A stretch of DNA of 40,000 nt from Lysobacter sp. HDW10 (GCF_011300685.1 NZ_CP049864.1:572885-612884), one strand, 5' to 3'; shown: positions 11,063 through 21,403, counted from the first letter of the stretch. Numbers and translations are program-made. The notes: generated from the letters alone by a model not told the origin.

Positions 11063-11628
11063 CGCAGTTTTAACAGCCTTGAAAGATCGGTGCGAATATC
11101 ACTCGGGTCCGTACCCGGCTTGTAACGCAACACGACAAATCCATTGGGATCGAGAATATAGGTGACCGGGCCCGTGGCATCCATCGCGCGTGGCAGTTTG
11201 CCAAGCAACGCAGGGTCCGCCATCAACGCTCTCGGGTGACTCGTCGCAGGTGCGCCTTCAGGCACCGCTGCCCACCACAACAGATCCACGCGTGGCGCGT
11301 CCTTACCTAAGATTTGCCACAAGGTATCGAGCTGACCGGCCAACTGCGTGCACTGCGCGGCGCAGTTCGCGGACGGCACAACCAAGATGCGCCATTTGCG
11401 CTCAATCGGGTTCCACGGATACGGCGTGCCGTCGGCTAGCTTCGGTTGAATCTGATGCACATCAACCGCGGGCTGCAGCAATTCCCCTTTGGATTTCAAA
11501 CCTTCGGGGCGCCAGCCGGAATAGCGAAGAATGCCCGCCAGCGCAAAACTCCCCAAGAACGCGACCGCGACAATCGTCAAGATGCGTTTGTTGCGCGTCG
11601 TCGTACCGCGCGTGTCTGGAACATTCAT
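11059..11628 (-). CDS. Membrane-anchored thioredoxin-fold protein, SCO1/SenC-like (putative copper chaperone)
   Basis: 189 aa with an N-terminal TM anchor and a CAAQC (CxxxC) motif. It sits between SURF1 and ctaA in the cox cluster. Confidence 0.5.
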   Translation of the reverse strand: MNVPDTRGTTTRNKRILTIVAVAFLGSFALAGILRYSGWRPEGLKSKGELLQPAVDVHQIQPKLADGTPYPWNPIERKWRILVVPSANCAAQCTQLAGQLDTLWQILGKDAPRVDLLWWAAVPEGAPATSHPRALMADPALLGKLPRAMDATGPVTYILDPNGFVVLRYKPGTDPSDIRTDLSRLLKLR

Positions 11629-12344
11629 GGTTTCTTAGCCCTCAGGCTCAACAACACTGTGATGATAAGAATGGCTGCCGCCATGGCGAACCACTGCACG
11701 GCATATGCAAAATGTTTTTCGGGCGGCATCGTCGAGGGGAAGACGTGAAAATCACGCAATCCGCCCACTTTTAATGCCGGGTCTAATCGCAAGACGCGCG
11801 GCGCCACCGGCGTATTGCCCAATGCTTGTTTCAAGGACTGCGCGTCTATGCGCGTCACTACCGTCACGCCACTGCCCTTCTGAACTTGGTCTGCCACCAG
11901 ACCACCGGAGGGCGGCGGCATCAACACACCGCGCACATCCAATGCGGTGGGCAGAATCGGGCGCGGCATCGTGCGATTCGCGGCCAAGGGATACCAACCA
12001 AAGTCGATCATCACGCTGCGGCCGGTGTCATCGATCGCGCACGGGGCAAACGCGCGCACGCCGGCGCGCCCTTCGTTCAATTGGTTATCAAGCAAGATGG
12101 CATGACGCCCTTCGAGCGCACAGCGACCTTCTGCCCAATCAAAGTCCTGCATGCGATCACGCGTAAATGCGAGCGACAGGGGTTGCGACTTGCGCGCGTC
12201 AACTTGCGCCTGCACTTGCGCAAACAGGGCTTCCTTCTCGGCCTTGCGGTGCAACTGCCACACGCCCAAACGCACAAACAAGGCGATGACGACCGCAGCG
12301 AGCAGCCAGTACTTCCAGAATCTGCGAAGCGTTGAAGTCATCAC
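11625..12344 (-). CDS. SURF1 family cytochrome oxidase assembly protein
   Basis: 239 aa with two terminal TM helices. GVWQLHRKAEKEAL is the SURF1 signature. Confidence 0.8.
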   Translation of the reverse strand: MMTSTLRRFWKYWLLAAVVIALFVRLGVWQLHRKAEKEALFAQVQAQVDARKSQPLSLAFTRDRMQDFDWAEGRCALEGRHAILLDNQLNEGRAGVRAFAPCAIDDTGRSVMIDFGWYPLAANRTMPRPILPTALDVRGVLMPPPSGGLVADQVQKGSGVTVVTRIDAQSLKQALGNTPVAPRVLRLDPALKVGGLRDFHVFPSTMPPEKHFAYAVQWFAMAAAILIITVLLSLRAKKP

Positions 12345-12404
12345 TCACATCCCGAGCGTGCGAATTGCGATAATCGAGGCTTCAAAGCCTCGGTAACGCC
12401 TGCC

Positions 12405-12623
12405 ATGAACCCGTCGTTGAAGCTCGTATTGATCGTCGGATTCCTCATCGTGATCCTCTGGAATCTCGGCGCGGGTCTGTACTACATGCTGGTCGATAAG
12501 GGCCAGACGAAACGCACCGTCAATGCGCTGACGCGCCGCATTGCATTCTCGGTGGCGATGATCTTGCTGGTCATCCTGGCCATTTACATGGGCTGGATCA
12601 CACCGCACGGTGTGGGCGGCTAA
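12405..12623 (+). CDS. Twin transmembrane helix small protein (DUF2909)
   Basis: 72 aa with two TM helices. This is the conserved position in proteobacterial aa3 oxidase clusters. Confidence 0.7.
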   Translation: MNPSLKLVLIVGFLIVILWNLGAGLYYMLVDKGQTKRTVNALTRRIAFSVAMILLVILAIYMGWITPHGVGG

Positions 12624-12664
12624 CCGCCCCACCGTTTTAACTTCTGTTGCGTGAATCGCTTCGC

Positions 12665-13549
12665 TTACAGCACGTAGACGAAGATAAACAGCATCAACCA
12701 CACCACGTCCACAAAGTGCCAATACCACGCCACGGCTTCAAAACCGAAGTGGTCATCGCGCGAGAAGTGACCGCGGAAGCAACGCAACCAAATCACGATC
12801 AACATGATCGTGCCCAAGGTGACGTGCAAGCCGTGGAAGCCGGTCAACATGAAGAAGGTTGAACCGTAAATACCCGAGCTCAACTTCAAGTTCAATTCGC
12901 TGTAGGCGTGGATATATTCCTCAGCCTGGAAGAACAAGAAGGTGCAGCCCAACAAAACTGTGAGACCCAAAAACACCAACAAGGTTTGGCGTTGGCCGGC
13001 CTTCAAGGCATGGTGCGCGATGGTGATGGTGACGCCCGAGCTCAACAACAGCAGGGTATTCAGAAGCGGCAGGCCCCAAGCGCCGACCGTTTGGAAATGA
13101 CCACCGATGGAGAGCGGACCATTTGCCGGCCAGCCGCCGGTGTAGCCGTTGTACAGCAACTCGTTGGTCATCACGCCATGGCCTTCACCGGCCAACCACG
13201 GCAATGCGTATTGGCGGGTGTAGAACAGCGCGCCGAAGAACGCAGCGAAGAACATGATTTCCGAGAAGATGAACCACATCATGCCCATGCGGAATGAGGT
13301 GTCGACTTGGCGGTTGTAGAAACCGCGCACCGATTCACCCACCACATCGGCAAACCACTTGAAGATGACGATGGCGAGGAAGACCAAGCCTGCGTAGAAC
13401 ACATACTTGCCGAACGACACTTCGTTCAACATGATGGCGAAACCGAACATCGTCACGAACAATGCCAACGACGCCACGATCGGCCAACGGCTCGAATGCG
13501 GAACGAAGTAGCGTTCGGAAGGGTTTGAGTGAGCGTGGGCTTCAGCCAT
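12665..13549 (-). CDS. ctaE: Cytochrome c oxidase subunit III
   Basis: 294 aa. GFHGLHVTLGTIML and WYWHFVDVVWL are subunit III signatures. Confidence 0.92.
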   Translation of the reverse strand: MAEAHAHSNPSERYFVPHSSRWPIVASLALFVTMFGFAIMLNEVSFGKYVFYAGLVFLAIVIFKWFADVVGESVRGFYNRQVDTSFRMGMMWFIFSEIMFFAAFFGALFYTRQYALPWLAGEGHGVMTNELLYNGYTGGWPANGPLSIGGHFQTVGAWGLPLLNTLLLLSSGVTITIAHHALKAGQRQTLLVFLGLTVLLGCTFLFFQAEEYIHAYSELNLKLSSGIYGSTFFMLTGFHGLHVTLGTIMLIVIWLRCFRGHFSRDDHFGFEAVAWYWHFVDVVWLMLFIFVYVL

Positions 13550-13570
13550 GGCGATATCTCAATTCAACAA

Positions 13571-14182
13571 TCAAGGGGCGGACTTCGCGGACGACGATAA
13601 TGTCCCGGCAGCCGAATGGCGCACGGAGTCGGTCAACGAATCATTTTGGTAAAAGACGTAGGACAAGGTCAGCGTTTTCACGTCTGCCGGCAAGGCAGGA
13701 TCGATGATGAAGCGCACAGGCATGTCCTTGGTTTCGCCTGCGGCCAACTTTTGTTCGGTAAAGCAGAAACATTCGGTCTTGTTGAAATAACCCGAGCCGC
13801 GCGCGGGTTCAACAGACGGCACCGCGTTGCCAACAACCACCGCGTTGCTGATGTTCTTGGCGAAATAGCTGGTTTCGTATTGCTTGCCGACTTGCACCTT
13901 CATCGAACGCGTATTCGGATGAAAGGTCCACGGCAATTTCGAATTCACCACGCCGCCGAATTCCACAGTGACCCAACGATTCGGATCGACGGCTTCTTTC
14001 GCTTTCGCGCCCTTGGCCGGGCCTTGGTCGACTTTGACGCCGAATACCTTTTCACAGGCCACGCGATACAGGGGCACGAGCGAGAACGTAAATGCAAACG
14101 CCATGGCCACCACAATGAGCAATTTGCCCAAGCCGCGGGTGTTGGACTTGTGTGGATCAGTGGCCACGGCCGATGACTCCAC
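13571..14182 (-). CDS. ctaG: Cytochrome c oxidase assembly protein CtaG/Cox11
   Basis: 203 aa. YFNKTECFCFTEQ is the Cox11 copper-binding motif. The start codon is GTG. Confidence 0.9.
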   Translation of the reverse strand: MESSAVATDPHKSNTRGLGKLLIVVAMAFAFTFSLVPLYRVACEKVFGVKVDQGPAKGAKAKEAVDPNRWVTVEFGGVVNSKLPWTFHPNTRSMKVQVGKQYETSYFAKNISNAVVVGNAVPSVEPARGSGYFNKTECFCFTEQKLAAGETKDMPVRFIIDPALPADVKTLTLSYVFYQNDSLTDSVRHSAAGTLSSSAKSAP

Positions 14183-14294
14183 TCAAGATGAAAGCCGCGT
14201 AGATCGCGACGGCAATCAAACCAAACCACAAGGCAGTACGCCGGGCGCGTTTGCGTCCGGCGGCGACTGTCTTGTTGTCGGCGCGATCATCCAT
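14157..14294 (-). CDS. Small single-TM protein between ctaD and ctaG (cytochrome oxidase small assembly protein-like)
   Basis: This 45-aa ORF is not in the supplied track. I hand-translated it as MDDRADNKTVAAGRKRARRTALWFGLIAVAIYAAFILSGVIGRGH: a basic N-terminus plus one TM helix. It fills the ctaD-ctaG gap and overlaps the ctaG start. Confidence 0.45.
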   Translation of the reverse strand: MDDRADNKTVAAGRKRARRTALWFGLIAVAIYAAFILSGVIGRGH

Positions 14295-14304
14295 TCGACT
14301 CGAC

Positions 14305-15930
14305 TCAGTGCGTGATGTCGTCGTGTGCAAGGTCGCCCGGCTTGATCACCGGCGGCACTTCAAAGGTGTGATGTGGTGCCGGCGACGGCACGGTCCATTC
14401 CAGACCCTTTGCGCCTTCCCATGCACGTGCTTCAGCCTTTTGGCCGTTCTTCAACGAGCTGATCAAGATGTACGCCATCAGGAATGGCGTCACGAACATG
14501 CCGAACGCACCAATCGAGCTGATGAAGTTCCAATCTGCGAAGACCACGTTGTAGTCCGGGATTCGGCGCGGCATACCGGCCAGACCCAAGAAGTGTTGCG
14601 GGAAGAACAGCAAGTTGACGAACACCATGGTCCACCAGAAGTGGAACTTGCCCAAGGTTTCGTTGTACATGCGACCCGTCCACTTCGGCCACCAGTAGTA
14701 CACGGCACCAATGATCGAGAACAGCGCGCCCGTCACCAACACGTAGTGGAAATGCGCAACCACGAAGTAGGTGTCGTGGTATTGGAAGTCAGCGGGCACC
14801 AAGGCCAACATCAGGCCCGAGAAACCACCGATGGTGAACAAGAACACGAAACCGATCGCCCACAACATCGGGGTTTCGAACGTGAGTGAGCCCTTCCACA
14901 TCGTGCTGACCCAGTTGAAGACCTTCACGCCGGTCGGCACGGAGATCAACATGGTCGCGAGCATGAAGTAGATTTCGCCACCCAGCGGCATGCCGACGGC
15001 GAACATGTGGTGAGCCCACACGATGAAGGACAAGAACGCAATCGCGGCGGTCGCGTACACCATCGCCTGATAACCGAACAGCGGCTTACGGCTGAAGGTC
15101 GGCAGAATTTCGCTGACGATGCCGAAGGCCGGCAAGATCATGATGTACACCTCGGGGTGACCGAAGAACCAGAAGATGTGCTGGTACATGACCGGGTCAC
15201 CGCCACCGGCGGCGTCAAAGAAGGTGGTACCGAAGAACTTGTCGGTCAGCAGCATGGTCACTGCACCGGCCAACACCGGCATCACCGCAATCAACAAGAA
15301 CGCAGTGATGAGCCAGGTCCACGCAAAGATCGGCATCTTCAACAAATCAACGCCCGGCGCGCGCATGTTCAGCACGGTGGCAATGATGTTGATGGCGCCC
15401 ATGATCGAGCTGATACCCATCATGTGCACGGCAAACACGGCAAACGCCACGTTGGCGCCGCCTTGCAAGAACAACGGCGGATACATCGTCCAACCGCCGG
15501 CAGGTGCGCCGCCCGGCAAGAACAAGGTGACGAGCAACATCGCGAACGCGAAGGGCATGATCCAGAACGAGTAGTTGTTCATGCGCGGCATCGCCATATC
15601 CGGCGCGCCGATTTGCAACGGAATCATCCAGTTGGCGAGGCCCACAAAGGCCGGCATCACGCCACCGAAAATCATGACCAGTGCGTGCACCGTCGTCATT
15701 TGATTGAAGAACTCGGGACCGCCCGGCAACTGCAAGCCCGGTTTCATCAGTTCGTAACGAATCAGCACCGACATCGCGGCACCGATGATGAACATCACGA
15801 ACGAGAAAATCAGGTACAGCGTACCGATGTCTTTATGGTTGGTCGAAAAGAACCAGCGTTCGGCAAACGACTGCTTGTGACCATGGTGGTCGTCATGGTG
15901 TGTATCGAGGTGGGGTTGCGTAACGGACAT
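14305..15930 (-). CDS. ctaD: Cytochrome c oxidase subunit I
   Basis: 541 aa. WFFGHPEVYI and the heme/CuB histidines (HHMF, HFHYV) are present. Confidence 0.97.
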   Translation of the reverse strand: MSVTQPHLDTHHDDHHGHKQSFAERWFFSTNHKDIGTLYLIFSFVMFIIGAAMSVLIRYELMKPGLQLPGGPEFFNQMTTVHALVMIFGGVMPAFVGLANWMIPLQIGAPDMAMPRMNNYSFWIMPFAFAMLLVTLFLPGGAPAGGWTMYPPLFLQGGANVAFAVFAVHMMGISSIMGAINIIATVLNMRAPGVDLLKMPIFAWTWLITAFLLIAVMPVLAGAVTMLLTDKFFGTTFFDAAGGGDPVMYQHIFWFFGHPEVYIMILPAFGIVSEILPTFSRKPLFGYQAMVYATAAIAFLSFIVWAHHMFAVGMPLGGEIYFMLATMLISVPTGVKVFNWVSTMWKGSLTFETPMLWAIGFVFLFTIGGFSGLMLALVPADFQYHDTYFVVAHFHYVLVTGALFSIIGAVYYWWPKWTGRMYNETLGKFHFWWTMVFVNLLFFPQHFLGLAGMPRRIPDYNVVFADWNFISSIGAFGMFVTPFLMAYILISSLKNGQKAEARAWEGAKGLEWTVPSPAPHHTFEVPPVIKPGDLAHDDITH

Positions 15931-15965
15931 GTGTCTCTCTCTCGAAATCGGCTGCGCGCGAACGC

Positions 15966-16910
15966 TCAGCCCTTGGCAGCCGCAGCTGGCGCCGCGGTTT
16001 CGGTGGATTCAGCAGGCGCAGCGGCAGGGTCAGCCGGCGTATCGTTGGCAACGGGTGCAGCGGCAGCCGGTGCGGCGTCCTTCGTTTCCGCCGCTTTTTG
16101 CGCTTGGCGCTGGTCGTACAACCAGGCTTGGAATTCCGCCATCGGCACGGCTTTCACGACGATCGGCATGAAGCCGTGGTCTTTACCGCAGAGCTCTGCG
16201 CATTGGCCGCGATAGATGCCGGGCTTTTCAATGACAGCCCACGCACCATTGACGGTGCCGGGGTTGGCGTCTTGCTTGAAGCCGAGTGCCGGCACCCACC
16301 AGGAGTGGATCACGTCATCCGAGGTGATCATGAAGCGCACTTTTGCGCCCACTGGCAGCACCAAGGGGTTATCGACGTCGAGCAAGTAATGCTTATGGTC
16401 GGCCTCAGTCGGCGACTTGCCCGATTGGCGCAGTTCGTCCGACTTGCGATCGAGGCGGCTGGTGTAAGACACGCCTTGATCGAGGTATTCGTACTTCCAC
16501 ATCCACTGATAGCCGGTCACACGAACGGTGAGCTGGGCATCGCGGGTGTCGTAGATCTTGACGAGGTTCTTGACCGCCGGAATCGACAGCATGATCAAGA
16601 TGATGACCGGGATGATCGTCCAGATAATTTCCGCTGTGGTGTTGTGGCTGAACTGCGAAGCCACGGCACCCTTGGAACGACGGAACTTGAACATGGCGTA
16701 GAACATCGCGCCGAACACGATCACACCAATAATGACGCAGACCCACAGGCCCCACATATGGGTGACATACGCGTTGTGCGCAGTCGAGGTCACACCCTTG
16801 CCCATGTTCAGCTGCCAACGGACTGGGTCAGCCGGGCCGGCCAAAGCGGCCAAAGGCATCAGCGCGGCGAGCGCCAAGGCGGAAAGTTGCATCCAACGCG
16901 ATTGCTTCAT
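15966..16910 (-). CDS. ctaC: Cytochrome c oxidase subunit II
   Basis: 314 aa with a signal peptide plus 2 TM. The CuA site is DVIHSWWVPALG...CAELCGKDHGFM. It ends in an Ala/Pro-rich C-terminal tail. Confidence 0.95.
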   Translation of the reverse strand: MKQSRWMQLSALALAALMPLAALAGPADPVRWQLNMGKGVTSTAHNAYVTHMWGLWVCVIIGVIVFGAMFYAMFKFRRSKGAVASQFSHNTTAEIIWTIIPVIILIMLSIPAVKNLVKIYDTRDAQLTVRVTGYQWMWKYEYLDQGVSYTSRLDRKSDELRQSGKSPTEADHKHYLLDVDNPLVLPVGAKVRFMITSDDVIHSWWVPALGFKQDANPGTVNGAWAVIEKPGIYRGQCAELCGKDHGFMPIVVKAVPMAEFQAWLYDQRQAQKAAETKDAAPAAAAPVANDTPADPAAAPAESTETAAPAAAAKG

Positions 16911-17120
16911 TTAGAACCCCGTGACCACAGTTGGACGCCCAACTACGGAAATCTGGCAATAGGAAATAACAGGCTCCGCGCGGCTGAAAGCCCGCGAAAC
17001 ACCCAACATGGTAAATCGGCGAAGGGCATAGGGGCAAGCATTAAGGTTTCGGTTAAACCTGTACAGGGCCTTCCGGCTGTAACATTGGGCCTCCGTATTC
17101 ACCTTGATTGAACACCGTCA

Positions 17121-20100
17121 GTGACCGACCTCCTCAGCCCCGAATTGCAACCGGTGCCCGCGCCGTTGCGGCATGCCATCACCCAAGCGTGGTGGCGCGA
17201 TGAAGCCGACCATGTCCGCCAAATGCTCGGCGAAGCCCGCCAAAGCGAGCCCGACCGTCAAGCCATAGTGGCCACGGCCGCCGATTTGGTGCGTCGCGTG
17301 CGCGTTCGCGCCAGTGACCAATCCACCGTAGAAGCCTTCATGCGCCAGTACGATTTGGGAAGCGAAGAAGGCGTTTTGTTGATGTGCGTCGCAGAAGCGC
17401 TGTTGCGCATTCCGGATCAAGGCACGGCCGACGCCCTGATTCGCGACAAATTGGGCGAAGCAAACTGGCGCCGTCACCTAGGCCAATCGGATTCGATTTT
17501 GGTCAACGCCTCGACCTGGGGCCTGATGCTGACCGGGAAACTGGTCAACCTTTCCGACGACACCCAGCGTGACGTGCACGGTGCATTCGGTCGTTTAGTG
17601 GGCAAACTCGGCGAACCGGTCATTCGTACCGCCGTTCGCCAAGCCATGAAGATCATGGGCCACCAATTCGTCATGGGCCGCACGATCGATGAAGCCTTAA
17701 GCCGCTCACGCAAGGGCCCGAATGGTGCATATCGCTACTCATTCGACATGTTGGGCGAAGGCGCACTGACGACGGCAGATGCACTGCGTTATCTCGAAGC
17801 GTATCGACAAGCCATTCATGCCATCGGCGGCAGTGGCCCGTTCGAAGACGTGTTCTCGGCACCCAGCATTTCGATCAAATTGTCTGCGTTGCATCCGCGC
17901 TATGAGCACGCGAAACGCGAACGCGTGATGCGCGAACTTGCGCCGCGCGTGTTGGAACTGGCGCAATTGGCGAAGTCTTATGGCATCGGTTACACGATCG
18001 ATGCGGAGGAAACTTATCGCCTTGAATTGTCATTGGATCTGATTGAAGCCGTGTTCTCGGACCGTTCTTTGGATGGTTGGGAAGGCTTTGGTTTGGCCGT
18101 GCAGTCGTATCAAAAGCGTGCGCCGTTCGTGATCGACTATTTGGCCGATCTCGGTCGACGTGTCGGCCGAAAAATTCCGGTGCGATTGGTGAAAGGTGCC
18201 TATTGGGACGCGGAAATCAAAGCCGCGCAGATGGAAGGCCAGAGCAACTATCCGCTCTTTACGCGCAAGCCGAATACGGATGTGAGCTATCAGGCCAATG
18301 CACGTCGCATGTTCGATGCGAGTGATGCGTTGTATCCGATGTTTGCCACACACAATGCGCAAACCATCGCTGCCATCCATCAGATGTCCAAAGGCCGGTG
18401 CTTCGAATTCCAAAAGCTGCACGGCATGGGCGATGACTTGTATGCGGAAGTCATCCCGGAAGACCGTTTGAACACGGCATGTCGCGTCTACGCACCGGTG
18501 GGATCACACGAAGACCTGCTGCCCTATCTCGTGCGTCGACTGCTTGAGAACGGCGCGAACTCGAGCTTCGTCAATCGCATCACCGATGAAAGTGTGCGCA
18601 TTGAAGACTTGGTACAAGATCCGCTCGATGTTGTTGCCACGTTTGACTCCATTCCTCATCCGCGCATTCCGCTGCCGCGCGATCTCTACCGTAACCAAGG
18701 CCAAGACCGGGACAATTCAATGGGTATCAACCTCGCCAACGACAACGAACTGCGCGCATTGGCAGATCATATGAACTCCGCCGGCAGTGGCGATTGGACA
18801 GCAATGCCGTTGGTCCCGGGCGCGAACGGTCAGGGCGAACGCATTGCTGTGACCAACCCTGCTGATCGCCGTGAAACTGTGGGCTATTGGCACTCGGCTG
18901 ATACGGCAACGGTTGAACGCGCATTGGCAGTGGCTGTGCAAGCGCAACCCGTTTGGGACGCGACGCCGGTCAATACCCGCGCTGAAGCGTTGGAACGCGC
19001 TGCGAATTTGCTTGAAGAGCGCATGCCGGAATTTATGGCCCTGTGTACGAAGGAAGCAGGCAAAACGATTCCTGATGGCATTGCCGAAGTACGCGAAGCC
19101 GTCGACTTCTTGCGTTACTACGCACACGAAGCACGCAAGCACTTTGTGGTTGAAAATCTGCCGGGTCCGACCGGTGAATCCAACTCGCTGCAGTTGGCAG
19201 GTCGTGGCGTGTTTGCGTGTATTTCGCCGTGGAATTTCCCGCTGGCAATTTTCACAGGTCAAATTGCAGCTGCACTTGCGGCAGGCAATAGCGTGATTGC
19301 AAAACCTGCAGAGCAAACCAACTTGATCGGCTATGCCGCCGTGAAGTTGTTGCATGAAGCGGGCATTCCGGTCGACGTACTGCAGTTTGTGCCGGGCGAC
19401 GGCGCAACCGTAGGCGCTGCATTGACGGCCGACCCGCGTGTTGCGGGCGTGTGCTTTACCGGTTCAACCGATACCGCACGCTTGATCAACCGTGCATTGG
19501 CGGCGCGTGAAGCCGGCCCGATTGCGACCTTGATTGCTGAAACCGGCGGTCAAAACGCGATGATCGCCGACTCTTCCTCCTTGCCGGAACAAGTGGTGAA
19601 GGACGCCATGGGCTCTGCATTTACTTCGGCAGGCCAACGCTGCTCGGCGGCGCGCGTGTTGTTGGTGCAAGAAGACATTGCCGACAAAGTGGTCTCGATG
19701 TTGGCCGGCGCGATGGCGGAACTGAAAGTGGGCAACCCGGGCGTATTGTCTACAGATGTGGGTCCCGTCATCGACGGTGATGCCAAAACGTTGTTGGACG
19801 ATCACGCGCAACGCATGGCGAAGATCAATGCAAAGCACATTGCGACCGCACAAATGAATAGCGAAGACACCGAGCACGGCACCTTCTTTGCGCCGGTGGC
19901 TTGGGAGCTGAATGCACTCGATCAACTCACCCGCGAAAACTTCGGCCCTGCCCTGCATGTCATCCGCTGGAAGGCTGAGGACCTTGATCATGTCGTCGAC
20001 ACCATCAATGCGACCGGTTTTGGTTTGACGTTGGGCATTCACTCGCGCATCGATGCCACTATCGATCGCATCGTGAACCGCGCGAAGGTTGGCAATATCT

Positions 20101-20285
20101 ATGTCAATCGCAATCAAATCGGTGCAGTTGTCGGTGTGCAACCCTTCGGTGGCCAAGGCTTGTCTGGCACCGGCCCGAAAGCAGGCGGCCCACACTACTT
20201 GCCGCGTTTCGCGACTGAAAAGACCGTCACGGTGAACACCACAGCTGCCGGTGGTAATGCCAGCTTGCTTACGCTGGACGACTGA
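17121..20285 (+). CDS. putA: Bifunctional proline dehydrogenase / L-glutamate gamma-semialdehyde dehydrogenase
   Basis: 1054 aa with a GTG start. An N-terminal PRODH barrel is followed by an aldehyde dehydrogenase domain (FTGSTDTARLI, ETGGQNAMIADSS). Confidence 0.95.
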   Translation: MTDLLSPELQPVPAPLRHAITQAWWRDEADHVRQMLGEARQSEPDRQAIVATAADLVRRVRVRASDQSTVEAFMRQYDLGSEEGVLLMCVAEALLRIPDQGTADALIRDKLGEANWRRHLGQSDSILVNASTWGLMLTGKLVNLSDDTQRDVHGAFGRLVGKLGEPVIRTAVRQAMKIMGHQFVMGRTIDEALSRSRKGPNGAYRYSFDMLGEGALTTADALRYLEAYRQAIHAIGGSGPFEDVFSAPSISIKLSALHPRYEHAKRERVMRELAPRVLELAQLAKSYGIGYTIDAEETYRLELSLDLIEAVFSDRSLDGWEGFGLAVQSYQKRAPFVIDYLADLGRRVGRKIPVRLVKGAYWDAEIKAAQMEGQSNYPLFTRKPNTDVSYQANARRMFDASDALYPMFATHNAQTIAAIHQMSKGRCFEFQKLHGMGDDLYAEVIPEDRLNTACRVYAPVGSHEDLLPYLVRRLLENGANSSFVNRITDESVRIEDLVQDPLDVVATFDSIPHPRIPLPRDLYRNQGQDRDNSMGINLANDNELRALADHMNSAGSGDWTAMPLVPGANGQGERIAVTNPADRRETVGYWHSADTATVERALAVAVQAQPVWDATPVNTRAEALERAANLLEERMPEFMALCTKEAGKTIPDGIAEVREAVDFLRYYAHEARKHFVVENLPGPTGESNSLQLAGRGVFACISPWNFPLAIFTGQIAAALAAGNSVIAKPAEQTNLIGYAAVKLLHEAGIPVDVLQFVPGDGATVGAALTADPRVAGVCFTGSTDTARLINRALAAREAGPIATLIAETGGQNAMIADSSSLPEQVVKDAMGSAFTSAGQRCSAARVLLVQEDIADKVVSMLAGAMAELKVGNPGVLSTDVGPVIDGDAKTLLDDHAQRMAKINAKHIATAQMNSEDTEHGTFFAPVAWELNALDQLTRENFGPALHVIRWKAEDLDHVVDTINATGFGLTLGIHSRIDATIDRIVNRAKVGNIYVNRNQIGAVVGVQPFGGQGLSGTGPKAGGPHYLPRFATEKTVTVNTTAAGGNASLLTLDD

Positions 20286-20292
20286 AGCCAAA

Positions 20293-20361
20293 GCACCTTG
20301 TCCACTTGTGGATAAGGTGCCGCAAACGTTCGTTGAGAGGCGCTCTGAACTCAAGCGCCTC
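20293..20361. terminator. Two hairpins between convergent putA and intI (possible bidirectional terminator)
   Basis: GCACCTT (20293-20299) pairs with AAGGTGC (20314-20320). GAGGCGC (20337-20343) pairs with GCGCCTC (20355-20361). There is no clear U-tract. Confidence 0.3.
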
Positions 20362-21403
20362 ACGCATCCAAAGGACTCCGCACTGCCAATGCACCACGCC
20401 CCAATACGTGCGTGTAAATCTGCGTGGTCGCCAAGTCTTTGTGCCCCAATAGTTCCTGCACCGTTCGAATATCCTGGCCGGCTTCCAGCAGGTGCGTTGC
20501 AAATGCATGTCGCATTGAATGACAACTGGCAGGCTTGTCGATCTTTGCCTGCCGCACCGCCTGTTTGAACGCACGCTGCATGCTCGATTCGTGCAGGTGA
20601 TGCCGTCGGACCTCACCCGTCTCGACATCGGTCGCCAAGCGATCCGCGCAGAAAATGAACTGCCAAGCAAACTCTCTTGATGCGTTCGGATACTTTCGTG
20701 CAAGCGCATAGGGCAGATGCACACCGCCATACCCTGATGCGCAATCTTTGCTGTGCAGCAATCGCACGCATTCTATTTGTGACTTCAAGTGCGGGATCAA
20801 TATCTGGGGGAGCGGCACCCGACGATCTTTGCCGCCCTTTCCGTTCCGCACACGAATTTCATTCAGCGCAAAGTCGACATCTTTGACGCGAAGGCGCATC
20901 CCTTCCATCAAGCGCATGCCGGTGCCGTAAAGCAAAGAACCCAAGAGCCAATGTGTGCCATTCAAATGGCGGAGAATCAGACGCACCTCTTCTCTAGAAA
21001 GCACAACAGGCAATCGCTTCTGCTGGCGTGCCCGAACGAATCCCTCCATCCAAGGCAGCTGCATATTCAAGACGACGCGGTACAGAAACAACAACGCACA
21101 CAAGGCTTGGTTCTGAGTGCTGGGTGCGACGCCCATCTGTGCAGCCAAATAGGTGAGGAAGGCGCGGACTTCAGCCTCACCCATGGTGACCGGATGCCGA
21201 CGACCATTGAACCGAATGAATTTCTCAACCCAGACGAGATAGGCCTCAGAAGTACGCGGACTGTAGTTCCGACGCTTCATCTCCCATCGCACTTGGTCCA
21301 AGAGCCTCGGCGGCCGGACACCGACCTGAAGCGCCGGCACGACCGCCTGTGCGACATAATTCTGGGAATATCGATTTAGACTGCGGTGCGCGTCTTTTGC
21401 CAT
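20360..21403 (-). CDS. intI: Integron integrase (tyrosine recombinase IntI)
   Basis: 347 aa from ATG 21403; the track start at 21430 is TTG. Catalytic boxes GTGMRLMEGMRLRVKD, HSMRHAFATHLLEAG and LLGHKDLATTQIYTHV are present. The IntI-specific extra segment LPYALARKYPNASREFAWQFIFCA is also present. The gene is divergent from the cassette array. Confidence 0.92.
   Translation of the reverse strand: MAKDAHRSLNRYSQNYVAQAVVPALQVGVRPPRLLDQVRWEMKRRNYSPRTSEAYLVWVEKFIRFNGRRHPVTMGEAEVRAFLTYLAAQMGVAPSTQNQALCALLFLYRVVLNMQLPWMEGFVRARQQKRLPVVLSREEVRLILRHLNGTHWLLGSLLYGTGMRLMEGMRLRVKDVDFALNEIRVRNGKGGKDRRVPLPQILIPHLKSQIECVRLLHSKDCASGYGGVHLPYALARKYPNASREFAWQFIFCADRLATDVETGEVRRHHLHESSMQRAFKQAVRQAKIDKPASCHSMRHAFATHLLEAGQDIRTVQELLGHKDLATTQIYTHVLGRGALAVRSPLDA

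Noticed and set aside
15007-16215. 402-aa plus-strand ORF
   Set aside because: It is entirely antisense to ctaD and ctaC, which are unmistakable. Its product is a His/Arg/Gly-rich, low-complexity shadow-frame translation typical of GC-rich DNA.
17045-17067. Compound palindrome GGTTTCGGTTAAACC / CCTGTACAGG in the ctaC-putA intergenic region, considered as a possible operator
   Set aside because: The palindromes are short, with no known matching regulator motif that I can name. A 210-bp GC-rich intergenic region will contain such palindromes by chance.
19464-20525. 353-aa minus-strand ORF
   Set aside because: It is antisense to the aldehyde-dehydrogenase half of putA and runs across the putA/intI intergenic hairpins. 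It has no recognisable motif and is a shadow ORF.
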